A stretch of 64,000 nt of DNA from a virus. The DNA lies in the IMG/VR virus record IMGVR_UViG_3300032093_000090, positions 5,940 to 69,939 of that record; one strand, 5' to 3'. The notes under the pieces are model-generated. The model was not told where the DNA came from and did no database searches. It was given only the letters and a program-made list of their open reading frames with translations. Numbering within the stretch: position 1 is the first letter of the stretch; each line of letters begins with the position of its first letter. Positions 8,150-17,200 of the stretch are shown here, in pieces. The position numbers and the translations under genes were made by a program.

Positions 8150-8718
8150 AAACATTTAAACAAGTAAGGGAAGAACTTCAATCTGTTGAAGAAGGCAAAC
8201 GAGGATTATGGGATAACATCCACGCAAAACGTAAACGAATCAAAGCTGGGTCAGGTGAACGTATGCGTAAACCTGGAAGTAAAGGTGCACCTACTGCACA
8301 AGCACTTAAACAATCAGCCGAATCGGTAGAAGACATTTTTGACCTAATTGAAGATGTCATCGAAGACATTGCGAAAGAAAATAATGTTGATTCCGAAATA
8401 ATTTGGGAAGAACTCGAATCGGTTACGGATGAAGAGCTATTAGAAGTTGCAGCTTGGCAACGCAAAGAGGGAAAGAATCCTGAAGGCGGATTAAACAAAG
8501 CTGGCATTGCTTCATATCGTAGAGAAAATCCCGGTTCAAAGTTACAAATGGCCGTAACTACTAAACCATCTAAATTAAAGCCCGGAAGTAAAGCAGCTAA
8601 TAGAAGAAAATCTTTTTGTGCTCGTATGGGTGGAATGAAGAAGCGATTAACATCCGCTAAGACTGCTAGAGACCCTGATTCAAGAATTAACAAAGCCCTT
8701 AGAAAGTGGAACTGTTAA
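8146..8718 (+). CDS. Basic late protein (DUF6321-like), putative internal head protein
   Basis: Leader MKTFKQVREE; GLWDNIHAKRKRIK...; AAWQRKEGKNPEGGLN...RRKSFCARM...ALRKWNC. Confidence 0.7.
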   Translation: MKTFKQVREELQSVEEGKRGLWDNIHAKRKRIKAGSGERMRKPGSKGAPTAQALKQSAESVEDIFDLIEDVIEDIAKENNVDSEIIWEELESVTDEELLEVAAWQRKEGKNPEGGLNKAGIASYRRENPGSKLQMAVTTKPSKLKPGSKAANRRKSFCARMGGMKKRLTSAKTARDPDSRINKALRKWNC

Positions 8719-8811
8719 TGTTTCTTATCACTGAGCCTCATAGCATATAATAACATCATGTCAATAGGCTGTCTATATATTTTGATTAACTTTAGATAAA
8801 AAGGAGGTAAG

Positions 8812-8901
8812 ATGAGTTGGTTTAAACACAAGCCGAAAAAAAAACCACCCAAACCAAAACACCCTTATCCTGTACCACCAATACCAAATAATTACTCGTA
8901 G
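8812..8901 (+). CDS. Small Pro/Lys-rich peptide, 29 aa (not in ORF track)
   Basis: Perfect Shine-Dalgarno AAGGAGGT at 8801-8808; translation MSWFKHKPKKKPPKPKHPYPVPPIPNNYS. Confidence 0.55.
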   Translation: MSWFKHKPKKKPPKPKHPYPVPPIPNNYS

Positions 8902-8909
8902 GATTTATA

Positions 8910-9650
8910 ATGCAAATAGGAAACGGAATACAAATGGGCAACGGCCTTGTCTTAGGATCTTACCCTGTTGGTTATAGTGTTATTACCGACGGCTTGATAC
9001 TATATTTAGATGCTGCAAGTTATTCTGGCAGCGGAACAGCTTGGAATGATTTAAGCGGACAATCAAATAATGGAACATTGGTAAATAGTCCTAGTTATAC
9101 ATCAGATCCAGGATATTTTACATTTAATTTAGTTAATAATAGGTATGTTTCAACGTCTGGTACTATATCATCTTTATCCGCAGCAACTTTTATTGTTTGG
9201 ATAAATTCCAGTCAAACACAAGCTGATTATACTAGTATTTTAATGAGTAGAGATGGTATGGGGTCTGCCACAAATTCTGCTACCGGCATGAATTTTGCTC
9301 CTGGGGGAAATAACTCAATAGGATATCATTGGAATAATGATGAAGGGACATATAATTGGGATACCGGATTATCCGTACCTAATAACGCATGGGCCATGAT
9401 GGCAATTCGTGTCACATCAACACAGGCAACTGCATATTTAGGAAAATCTAGCGGATTAACATCATCCGGTCAATTTCTTTCACATTCTACGGTTACAAAT
9501 TTAAATTTCTTTATATCACAAGACACGGGAGGCGGTGGTACAAGAAACTTTAACGGTGCAATTTCACAGGTATTAATTTATAATAGAGCATTAACATTTA
9601 CTGAAATAAACACAACTTTTAATACTACTAAGACCAGATATGGCTTATAA
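8910..9650 (+). CDS. LamG/concanavalin A-like lectin-domain virion protein
   Basis: ITDGLILYLDAA..Y.GSG..W.DLSG...FNGAISQVLIYNRALT.EI. Confidence 0.8.
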   Translation: MQIGNGIQMGNGLVLGSYPVGYSVITDGLILYLDAASYSGSGTAWNDLSGQSNNGTLVNSPSYTSDPGYFTFNLVNNRYVSTSGTISSLSAATFIVWINSSQTQADYTSILMSRDGMGSATNSATGMNFAPGGNNSIGYHWNNDEGTYNWDTGLSVPNNAWAMMAIRVTSTQATAYLGKSSGLTSSGQFLSHSTVTNLNFFISQDTGGGGTRNFNGAISQVLIYNRALTFTEINTTFNTTKTRYGL

Positions 9651-9667
9651 ACCAAACATCCTTATTT

Positions 9668-9675
9668 TATAAATA
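9668..9675 (+). promoter_or_regulatory. T4-type late promoter
   Basis: Intergenic TATAAATA. Confidence 0.8.
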
Positions 9676-9706
9676 ATAAGTATCAACTATATTCTAATGG
9701 AAAACA

Positions 9707-11596
9707 ATGGACTTTAAACAATTCATCACAGAATCGCAGGAAAAAACAAAAGTTTTTACCTACGGCCGGTTTCAACCAGTTTCAAAAGGTCATGAGCAGG
9801 TTATTAATAAAGTTCATGAAGTTGCTAAAGAACACAATGCTGATGCTCTTATTGTAGCATCCCATTCCGAAGGCACATCCAAAGATCCATTGCCAGTAAA
9901 GGCAAAAGTTGGATACTTAAAACACGTAGCACCAAAAGGTACTGAGGTAGTAGGTGCTTCTAAACAATCTCCAACTTTTCTGCATGCTGCAGCAAAAATA
10001 CACGGCCAAGGTTATAAGCATTTGGTTATGGTTGCTGGGTCTGACCGTGTGGATGAATATCATAAATTATTACATAAGTATAACAATGTTGCTGGTGCAC
10101 ACGGCCACTACAATTTTAAATCAATTAAAGTAGTTTCAGCAGGACAAAGAGATCCCGACGCAGAAGGCGTAGAGGGAATGTCTGGAACTAAGATGCGTGC
10201 TCATGCCAGAGCAGGCGAAATGAAGAAATTCAAATCAGGTCTACCTAAAGCATTACATCCTCATGCAGAGGAAATTGCCAATCATATTAAAGCGGTTAAA
10301 GAGGATTTTGAGAATCCATTTCGTTTTGATTGGGGAACACCTGAAGGCACAGAATACATGCACAAGATGACTCCTGGGATGGAAGCAGTATGCCAAAAAG
10401 GATCTGTCTGGAGCAAAGCACAGGGTAAATGTGTACCAATTAGAGAAGCATATCATGCACAAGAGATTTTTAATCTTGGTGATATTGTAGAATCAAAAAG
10501 CGGCGAAGTGGGAAAAATCGTATACAAAGGTTCATCATACGTTACAATACAATTAGAATCAGGTAATACGACAAAACATTGGATAAACGATATTAAAGAT
10601 AGCGATAAAATACTAAACTTTAAAGATTTTTCCCCTTCAATTTCTGTTGAAGAAACAAATAGACTTAGAAAACTTCCTGCATTGTTAATGTCCAAAGCAC
10701 AACTAGCAGAACTAACAAGTCATAATTTAGAAATTGAATTTGATGGTTACAAAACAACTAACCTGCATATGTGTCCAAGTGCATCTATACAGTTAGAAGA
10801 AGTAATTGCTAATACTAAATTAAATCCAAAGTATGTTTTACAGGCAGTTAAAGCAACTGACGCATATCTTGGAGTAGAAAAACAAGCAAAAGCTAATAAT
10901 TTTGCAACCAACAAAATGGCACATGATTTTAATATGTACGTTGCAATTGCACACGATACATTGAATATGCTAGGATATCCTGATAATAAATTAGAATACA
11001 TTAAAACACATCAACAGGAAATGAGCAAATTATCCATGCACAAGGATGGCACATTTGCAAATGAAATTGGAACGACTATTCCTACATTTGGTGCAAGCGA
11101 TGTGGCTGAAGGAATTAATGCATCAGACTTTAAGATGGTGGCAAGAATAGGCCCGGATGGCAAACCTATGTTTGTTAAAGAACGTAATAAACGAATCATA
11201 ACGGATAAAAAAATGGAAGACTCAAACAATAACAATGTTGCTGACGACAACGAAGATCAATTGCCATCTACAAAGAAGGCTTTATCGTCATTCAGAAAAT
11301 CAATGAATGTACAAGAGACATACACACCTGATCCTCCTACAGTACACAGAGATGTAAATGCTTCACCTAATAAAGAAGTATTCCATGGTATTGATATACC
11401 AATTGCAGATCAAGGATACGAAGGCAAACCACTTGGTCTAGCTTCATTTAAATCTTTCTTGGCCAATCCAGAAACACAAAAAATTGAAGCACAAAAAGGT
11501 GCAGCAATGCAAGATGTACATAGAGATAAAGCGCAATTAGCTACTCATAGTTCATCTTATAAATCTATGGTTAAAGCTAACGCGCAGGACGTATAA
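9707..11596 (+). CDS. Cytidyltransferase-like (HxGH Rossmann) nucleotidyltransferase with long C-terminal extension
   Basis: FTYGRFQPVSKGH...VAGSDRV...SAGQRDPDA...MSGTKMR; leader MDFKQFITE. Confidence 0.85.
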   Translation: MDFKQFITESQEKTKVFTYGRFQPVSKGHEQVINKVHEVAKEHNADALIVASHSEGTSKDPLPVKAKVGYLKHVAPKGTEVVGASKQSPTFLHAAAKIHGQGYKHLVMVAGSDRVDEYHKLLHKYNNVAGAHGHYNFKSIKVVSAGQRDPDAEGVEGMSGTKMRAHARAGEMKKFKSGLPKALHPHAEEIANHIKAVKEDFENPFRFDWGTPEGTEYMHKMTPGMEAVCQKGSVWSKAQGKCVPIREAYHAQEIFNLGDIVESKSGEVGKIVYKGSSYVTIQLESGNTTKHWINDIKDSDKILNFKDFSPSISVEETNRLRKLPALLMSKAQLAELTSHNLEIEFDGYKTTNLHMCPSASIQLEEVIANTKLNPKYVLQAVKATDAYLGVEKQAKANNFATNKMAHDFNMYVAIAHDTLNMLGYPDNKLEYIKTHQQEMSKLSMHKDGTFANEIGTTIPTFGASDVAEGINASDFKMVARIGPDGKPMFVKERNKRIITDKKMEDSNNNNVADDNEDQLPSTKKALSSFRKSMNVQETYTPDPPTVHRDVNASPNKEVFHGIDIPIADQGYEGKPLGLASFKSFLANPETQKIEAQKGAAMQDVHRDKAQLATHSSSYKSMVKANAQDV

Positions 11597-11597
11597 A

Positions 11598-12035
11598 ATG
11601 AATGAGGAATTAGTTGATGCGATGAATAAAGTATTGGGGGATACGTTTCTCACATACTTTAAAGCACAATCGGGACATTGGAATGTGGAAACAAGAAGTT
11701 TTTATGCAGACCATACTTTTTTAGAATCAATCTATAGTGAAATATATGAGTCAATTGATTCTACTGCTGAGTGGCTTAGAAAAATTGGCGCATATGCCCC
11801 GACATCATTAGCTAGTTTAATTACATACGCAAGTGTTACAGAAGAAACAAATGTGGTTTCATCTATGGGTATATTTACAAGTTTGGAGAGCTCTAACAAT
11901 ACTGTATTAGTATCGTTGATGCGTGCATATAAATTATCGGAAGCTGCTGGTGAATTAGGATTATCTAATTACTTACAAGATAGAATTGCAGCACATCAGA
12001 AACATGCTTGGATGTTAAAGTCTACACTAAAATGA
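11598..12035 (+). CDS. dps: Dps/ferritin-like DNA protection protein
   Basis: HWNVE...F...H.FLE.IY...ID..AE...LQDRI..HQKHAWML. Confidence 0.85.
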   Translation: MNEELVDAMNKVLGDTFLTYFKAQSGHWNVETRSFYADHTFLESIYSEIYESIDSTAEWLRKIGAYAPTSLASLITYASVTEETNVVSSMGIFTSLESSNNTVLVSLMRAYKLSEAAGELGLSNYLQDRIAAHQKHAWMLKSTLK

Positions 12036-12496
12036 TTAATTTTTTAGAATTTTTAAACGAAGAAATCAGCGAGAACGATCTCGATGAAATGGCTAACCAT
12101 TTAACATGGGAAGACATTGAAGACTTATACTCTCCTGAAGAATTCGTGTTAGAAGATATTCAAGTATTAGATGAAAAGATTTCAGCGACAAGTCGTTTAA
12201 AGAAATCACAAAAATTAAAATCTAGAAAAACTGCTATCGGTACTGCTCGCAAAATGAGATTAAGAAGAACATCTACAATAGATGTACTACATAAAAGAGC
12301 AACTGCGGCCGCAAGAAGACTTCTACAAAAAAGAATCTTACGTGGCAGAGGCAAGAAACAATTATCTGCACAACAAAAAGATCATGTGGAACAACAGATT
12401 AAAAATATGATGGCAATTCAAGGCAATCTTGCAGTAAAGTTAATGCCAAAGATAAGAGCTTTGGAAAGATCTAGATTATCGACAAAACGTAAGTAA
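12032..12496 (+). CDS. Hypothetical late protein with acidic leader and basic domain
   Basis: Start MINFLEFLNEE overlaps the dps stop (ATGA); K/R-rich C-terminal part. Confidence 0.65.
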   Translation: MINFLEFLNEEISENDLDEMANHLTWEDIEDLYSPEEFVLEDIQVLDEKISATSRLKKSQKLKSRKTAIGTARKMRLRRTSTIDVLHKRATAAARRLLQKRILRGRGKKQLSAQQKDHVEQQIKNMMAIQGNLAVKLMPKIRALERSRLSTKRK

Positions 12497-12552
12497 ACTG
12501 GTTTGGTTTACTTAATAAATAATAAATAGAATTCATTTTAAAGGAATCAAAA

Positions 12553-13590
12553 ATGACAAGAATCACAAATAGTTTGTTTGAATCAATCAGACAAATCACA
12601 GAAGCTAAAGTTGAAGGCAAAGCTGAAGACGCAGGTAAAGTTGACGGTGCACATTTTTGTGCTACACACGTTGAACATAATTTATATGGCGAAGGCGAGT
12701 GCATTTCAGAGCAACATGCTAAACCAAATGAAGATGGCACTATTGACTGGTACAATGTTAAATTTGCTGACGGCCAAGTTCGCAAAATTCAAACAGAGGC
12801 AGTTAAAGTTAAAAGCAGCGTGAGGCACGAACATGCTACACCCGAAGGCGATACAATTGAAGAAAAACAATTGCATCCTAATCAACAAGTATTAGATGTG
12901 GTTGATGATGAAAAGATTGATGGAAAAGATTTTGCAAAGCTTCGTGCTGGCAAAAAAGCAAAAACAGTTAAAGAGGAAGAAGAAATTGAAGAAGGCATGC
13001 CCGATGAAGTAGGTCATGCTGGTAAAGTAACAATGAATCAGATTGCAAGGAGCAGTGCTTCTCCTACAGTTAAAAAAGCAATTAGAAAAGTTGCACCCGA
13101 TATTAAATCTTACGGTGACAGAGCAGATGCTCTAATAGCCGCAGGAATCAAAGATGATCGTGGTCCTCGCGGCACAATCAACGCCTCTTTTGAAGAAGGT
13201 GTTACAGAGACTATTGTCAAGCATAACGACTTTACAATTGAGATTACTGATAATCCAACATTCGGTGACTTCCTAAGAGCTGTTCAATCTATTGTTAGAA
13301 CAGATGAAGAATCAATGCAAAAAGAAATCGTTGCAATTGCAGAACAAGCATTTGCAGAGAATTATGAAGAAGTTATTATTGAAGCATTCACTAGAATGGA
13401 ACTTGAAGATAAAATTGCTGCACACCGCAAGGCGGGCAACACAGTATCGAATGATAAATTTAGTACTAAAAACGGACAACCTTATGCTGAGTATGTTGTG
13501 ACTGATCAAGAAGGTGGACGTAAAAAATATATTCACCATGGAACGGCGCGCCGCGTGGAATCCATGCCAAGCGTAGCCGTAAAAAAATAA
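12553..13590 (+). CDS. Hypothetical head-associated protein with multiple I/L-x-E sites
   Basis: AATAAATA at 12514-12521; QITE, TIEE, EIEE, IIEA sites; EF-hand-like DVVDDEKIDGKD. Confidence 0.65.
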   Translation: MTRITNSLFESIRQITEAKVEGKAEDAGKVDGAHFCATHVEHNLYGEGECISEQHAKPNEDGTIDWYNVKFADGQVRKIQTEAVKVKSSVRHEHATPEGDTIEEKQLHPNQQVLDVVDDEKIDGKDFAKLRAGKKAKTVKEEEEIEEGMPDEVGHAGKVTMNQIARSSASPTVKKAIRKVAPDIKSYGDRADALIAAGIKDDRGPRGTINASFEEGVTETIVKHNDFTIEITDNPTFGDFLRAVQSIVRTDEESMQKEIVAIAEQAFAENYEEVIIEAFTRMELEDKIAAHRKAGNTVSNDKFSTKNGQPYAEYVVTDQEGGRKKYIHHGTARRVESMPSVAVKK

Positions 13591-13617
13591 AGAGTAATAA
13601 GCACACCAGTGCTTAAT

Positions 13618-13625
13618 TATAAATA
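13618..13625 (+). promoter_or_regulatory. T4-type late promoter
   Basis: Intergenic TATAAATA opening the fibre cluster. Confidence 0.8.
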
Positions 13626-13645
13626 ATAAAAACAGGGAGACTAAA

Positions 13646-14179
13646 ATGTCAGCATGGGGAAACAGAGATAGAATTGAAGTTAGCGCAACAGCTCGCGCTA
13701 ATTTAGGTAGCACAACAGTTGTTACAAGCGCACCAGTAGTTACTGCGGCTAATGGCTTTTATGCAGGGTATTCATTGGTGATTGCCAATGAAGATTATGC
13801 AATTCAAACTATTACTAACAGCACTACAATTGTTCTTGATACAGCATACCGCGGTGCCAATGTTGCAACTGCTAATATTGCTATTCAAGAAGATCCAAAA
13901 TGGATTCCTACTGGTAACGCTGCAATTGGGCACCGTGCCAATAACCTTAATAAAGCCAACGTATACGGTGTTGATCGTATTGAAGCAAATGTTCCGGGCA
14001 ATAAAGCTAACGGTATAGTAGGACCAGGTTGGTTATCGTATACAACATATACGACAACACAAGGTGCAACAAGAAAGAAAGCAGAATTGCTAGTAGCAAT
14101 GTCAAAGAACTTTAATGCTAATGCCACAGGTACATTATTTGGCGATGCCAACGACGGTTCTATATTGAAAGAATCTTAA
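13646..14179 (+). CDS. Putative virion structural protein
   Basis: Late promoter; MSAWG N-terminus, VYGVD..E, GW...Y...RKKAELLVAM; A/N/T-rich. Confidence 0.6.
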   Translation: MSAWGNRDRIEVSATARANLGSTTVVTSAPVVTAANGFYAGYSLVIANEDYAIQTITNSTTIVLDTAYRGANVATANIAIQEDPKWIPTGNAAIGHRANNLNKANVYGVDRIEANVPGNKANGIVGPGWLSYTTYTTTQGATRKKAELLVAMSKNFNANATGTLFGDANDGSILKES

Positions 14180-14229
14180 AACACAATTTGGTTATGATGT
14201 AATTCAATTAATAACCTTTTGGTGTTTTA

Positions 14230-17200
14230 ATGGCAGATTTAAAGATATCGGAATTAGCCAGTGCTAATGTAGTTAATAAGGATGATTTATTTTATCTTAT
14301 ACAGGATAATGATAGCTATAATGTAAAAGCAAGTACATTATTTTCGTCAATCACCGATCCTACATTAGCCGGCAACATTCTTCTCGGCGGGACAGTTCAA
14401 ACATTAAATGCTGCTGGTACGGTAAGTATTACCACAACTAGAACAGATTTATATGGTGGCCGTTCTGCGGATGCAAATGCTATTTCGAATGGATCAATAT
14501 TACCTTCTACAATATTCTTATATACGGAAGATGTTTCTGCCACGGGTAGAGGATTTACATTTGCTAATGGTACTCCTACTACACAGACATTATACGTTAG
14601 ATATAAAAATGATAAGATTCACTTATCTCAAGCAGATAGTACAGTTTTCACGTATCCTCCTGAAGATTGGGTTGGCCCTACCGGATTAAGACCATTCCCA
14701 ACAGGGTTACAGTTTGTAAAAGGTTCGCAATACATATTTAATGTAAGTGATCCATCAAATACCGGTAATGTTTTAGCATTGTCATCATCTATAGATGGAA
14801 CTAATACATTAGGTACTCGTTATACTGCAAATGTTGTATATAATGGTACTCCTGGAACTGCAGGTGCAAATGTTGTATTTACTGTTGCAAATGTAGATAT
14901 TGATCCTGGCGGTAAATTCTATTTAGATTTACCACAAGGCGCTGATGGCCAATTAAAGATTATTAACCTAGTAACTACCCTAGGTGGACAATTTGTATTA
15001 GCAAGTAATATTCAAAATAATCTTGCTATTGAATTAAAGAGATCTGGTGATTCAGCATTCTTGATGTATTCAAGTAATGGATGGATTTTAGTTGGTTCAA
15101 ATCCTGGACTAACAACCACATTCTCTGGCACGTCTGATGATATTTCAGAAGGCAGCAAGTTATATTTTACCAATGCAAGAGCAAGAGCAGCAATTACCGC
15201 AATTGATAATACAATAACATATTATAAAGCAAATGGCGGCATTGCTGCAAATATTCAAGCAATAACAGAAAATATTGTTGCAGTAGCATTCTCAGGTAAC
15301 ACAAATATAATAAATGAAGGTTCAGAGAATCTTTATTACACAAATAATAGGGTGTTATCCAATGTATCACAGATGAGTATTAATGTACTCGCAGATGTTG
15401 ATACTACAGGTATTACTTCAAACGGCACATTAATTTGGAATGGTACATCATTTGTTGCAGGTATTGCAAACGAAGCATATTCTGCGGTCGTATCTAATGT
15501 ATCACAAACTTCTAATATTGCTAATGTTGTATTAACTATTGATACGTTTTCAACAAGTAATTTAAGAGAAGGTTCAAATCTTTATTATACTAATGCTAGA
15601 GTTTATGCAAACGTAATACCTTTATTAGATTTAAAGGCAAATGTTGTTGACTTAACAACTGCTAATGTTGCAGAGTTAAATAATTTATACTATACAAATG
15701 CTAGAGTTATTTCAGCATTAGTTGGTCAAGATATTGTAACTAATAATGTAATAATTCAAGGCGATTTAACTGTTGAAGGTAATGTAGTTACTTTTAATAC
15801 TGCCACATTAACCGTTGAAGATAAAAATATTGTATTGGCAAACGGTGCCATAAATTCTTCAGCAGCGGACGGCTCTGGTTTTAATATTGATGGCGCCCAA
15901 GCTAATTTAAAATATCGTAGTACAGGCGATAAATTTGAATTCAATAAGTCGTTAGATGTTCAAGGCACGTTAACAGCCAATGGTTGGGCAAATTTATATG
16001 CAGCAAATGTTATTGGTTTAACAACTGCCAATGTTGCAGAATTAACAAATTTATACTACACGAATGCTAGAGTTTATTCTAATGTAACCCCATTATTGGA
16101 TTTAAAGGCAAATGTTGTTGACTTAACAACTGCCAATGTTGCAGAATTAACAAATTTATACTACACGAATGCTAGAGTTTATGCAAATGTAACGGAAAGA
16201 TTGCAATATTTAGATACGAATATTATTCCTTTAATTAGTAGTGTTTATGATTTAGGTTCAGACGCATACAGATTTAGAGACTTGTGGTTGTCTGGTGCAA
16301 CAATTCGATTGGGTAATACGTTATTATCTGAAACTGCAGGCGGCGGACTTTCGGTTAAAAGTGCTTCTGGCAATGTCAACATTGTTAGTGATATAATTTC
16401 TTCAAATACGTGGCTAGGAATTTATACCGCAAATGTATTAGAAACTGAAGGAAATTTATACTACACGAATGCTAGAGTTTATGCAAATGTAATACCTTTA
16501 TTAGATTTAAAGGCAAATGTTGTTGACTTAACAACATCTAATATTGCAGAGTTAACAAATTTATACTACACGAATGATAGAGTTTATTCGAATGTAATCC
16601 CATTATTAGATTTAAAGGCAAATGTTGTTGACTTAACAACTGCTAATGTTGCAGAGGGAACCAATTTATATTTTACAAATGCTCGAGTGCTATCTAATGT
16701 ATCGCAGATGAGCATCAATGTTCTTGCTGACGTAGATGTAACTGGCATTACGGCAAACGGAACATTAATTTGGAATGGAACATCATTTGTTGCAGGCATC
16801 GCAAATGAGGCATATTCTGCAGTTACATCAAATGTGTCACAGACATCCAACATTGCTAATGTAGTATTAACAATTGACACATTTACAACAAGTAATTTAA
16901 GAGAAGGTTCAAATCTTTATTTTACAAATACTCGTGTAATAGATGCATTAACAACTGCTAATGTAACTACCGGCAATTTAGTTGTTAGCGGAACATTAAC
17001 TGCTCGTTCGAATGTTGGATTAACACTTGGAACAGCAACACAGGGCAATTTAATAAGTAATGCGATTACTATGACAGTAGATACAACAGTAACAAACGGA
17101 ATAGCTCAATTGAATGAAATTTTGGGCAAATTAGTTCCAGCTGCGCCAATAGCATTCCCAGGAAATGGTTATATTGCTATTAATTCTGTTTCTACTTTTA

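Noticed and set aside
8736-8764. Minus-strand TTGACA as a possible antisense promoter (also at 1686-1691)
   Set aside because: No good -10 hexamer at 16-18 nt spacing.
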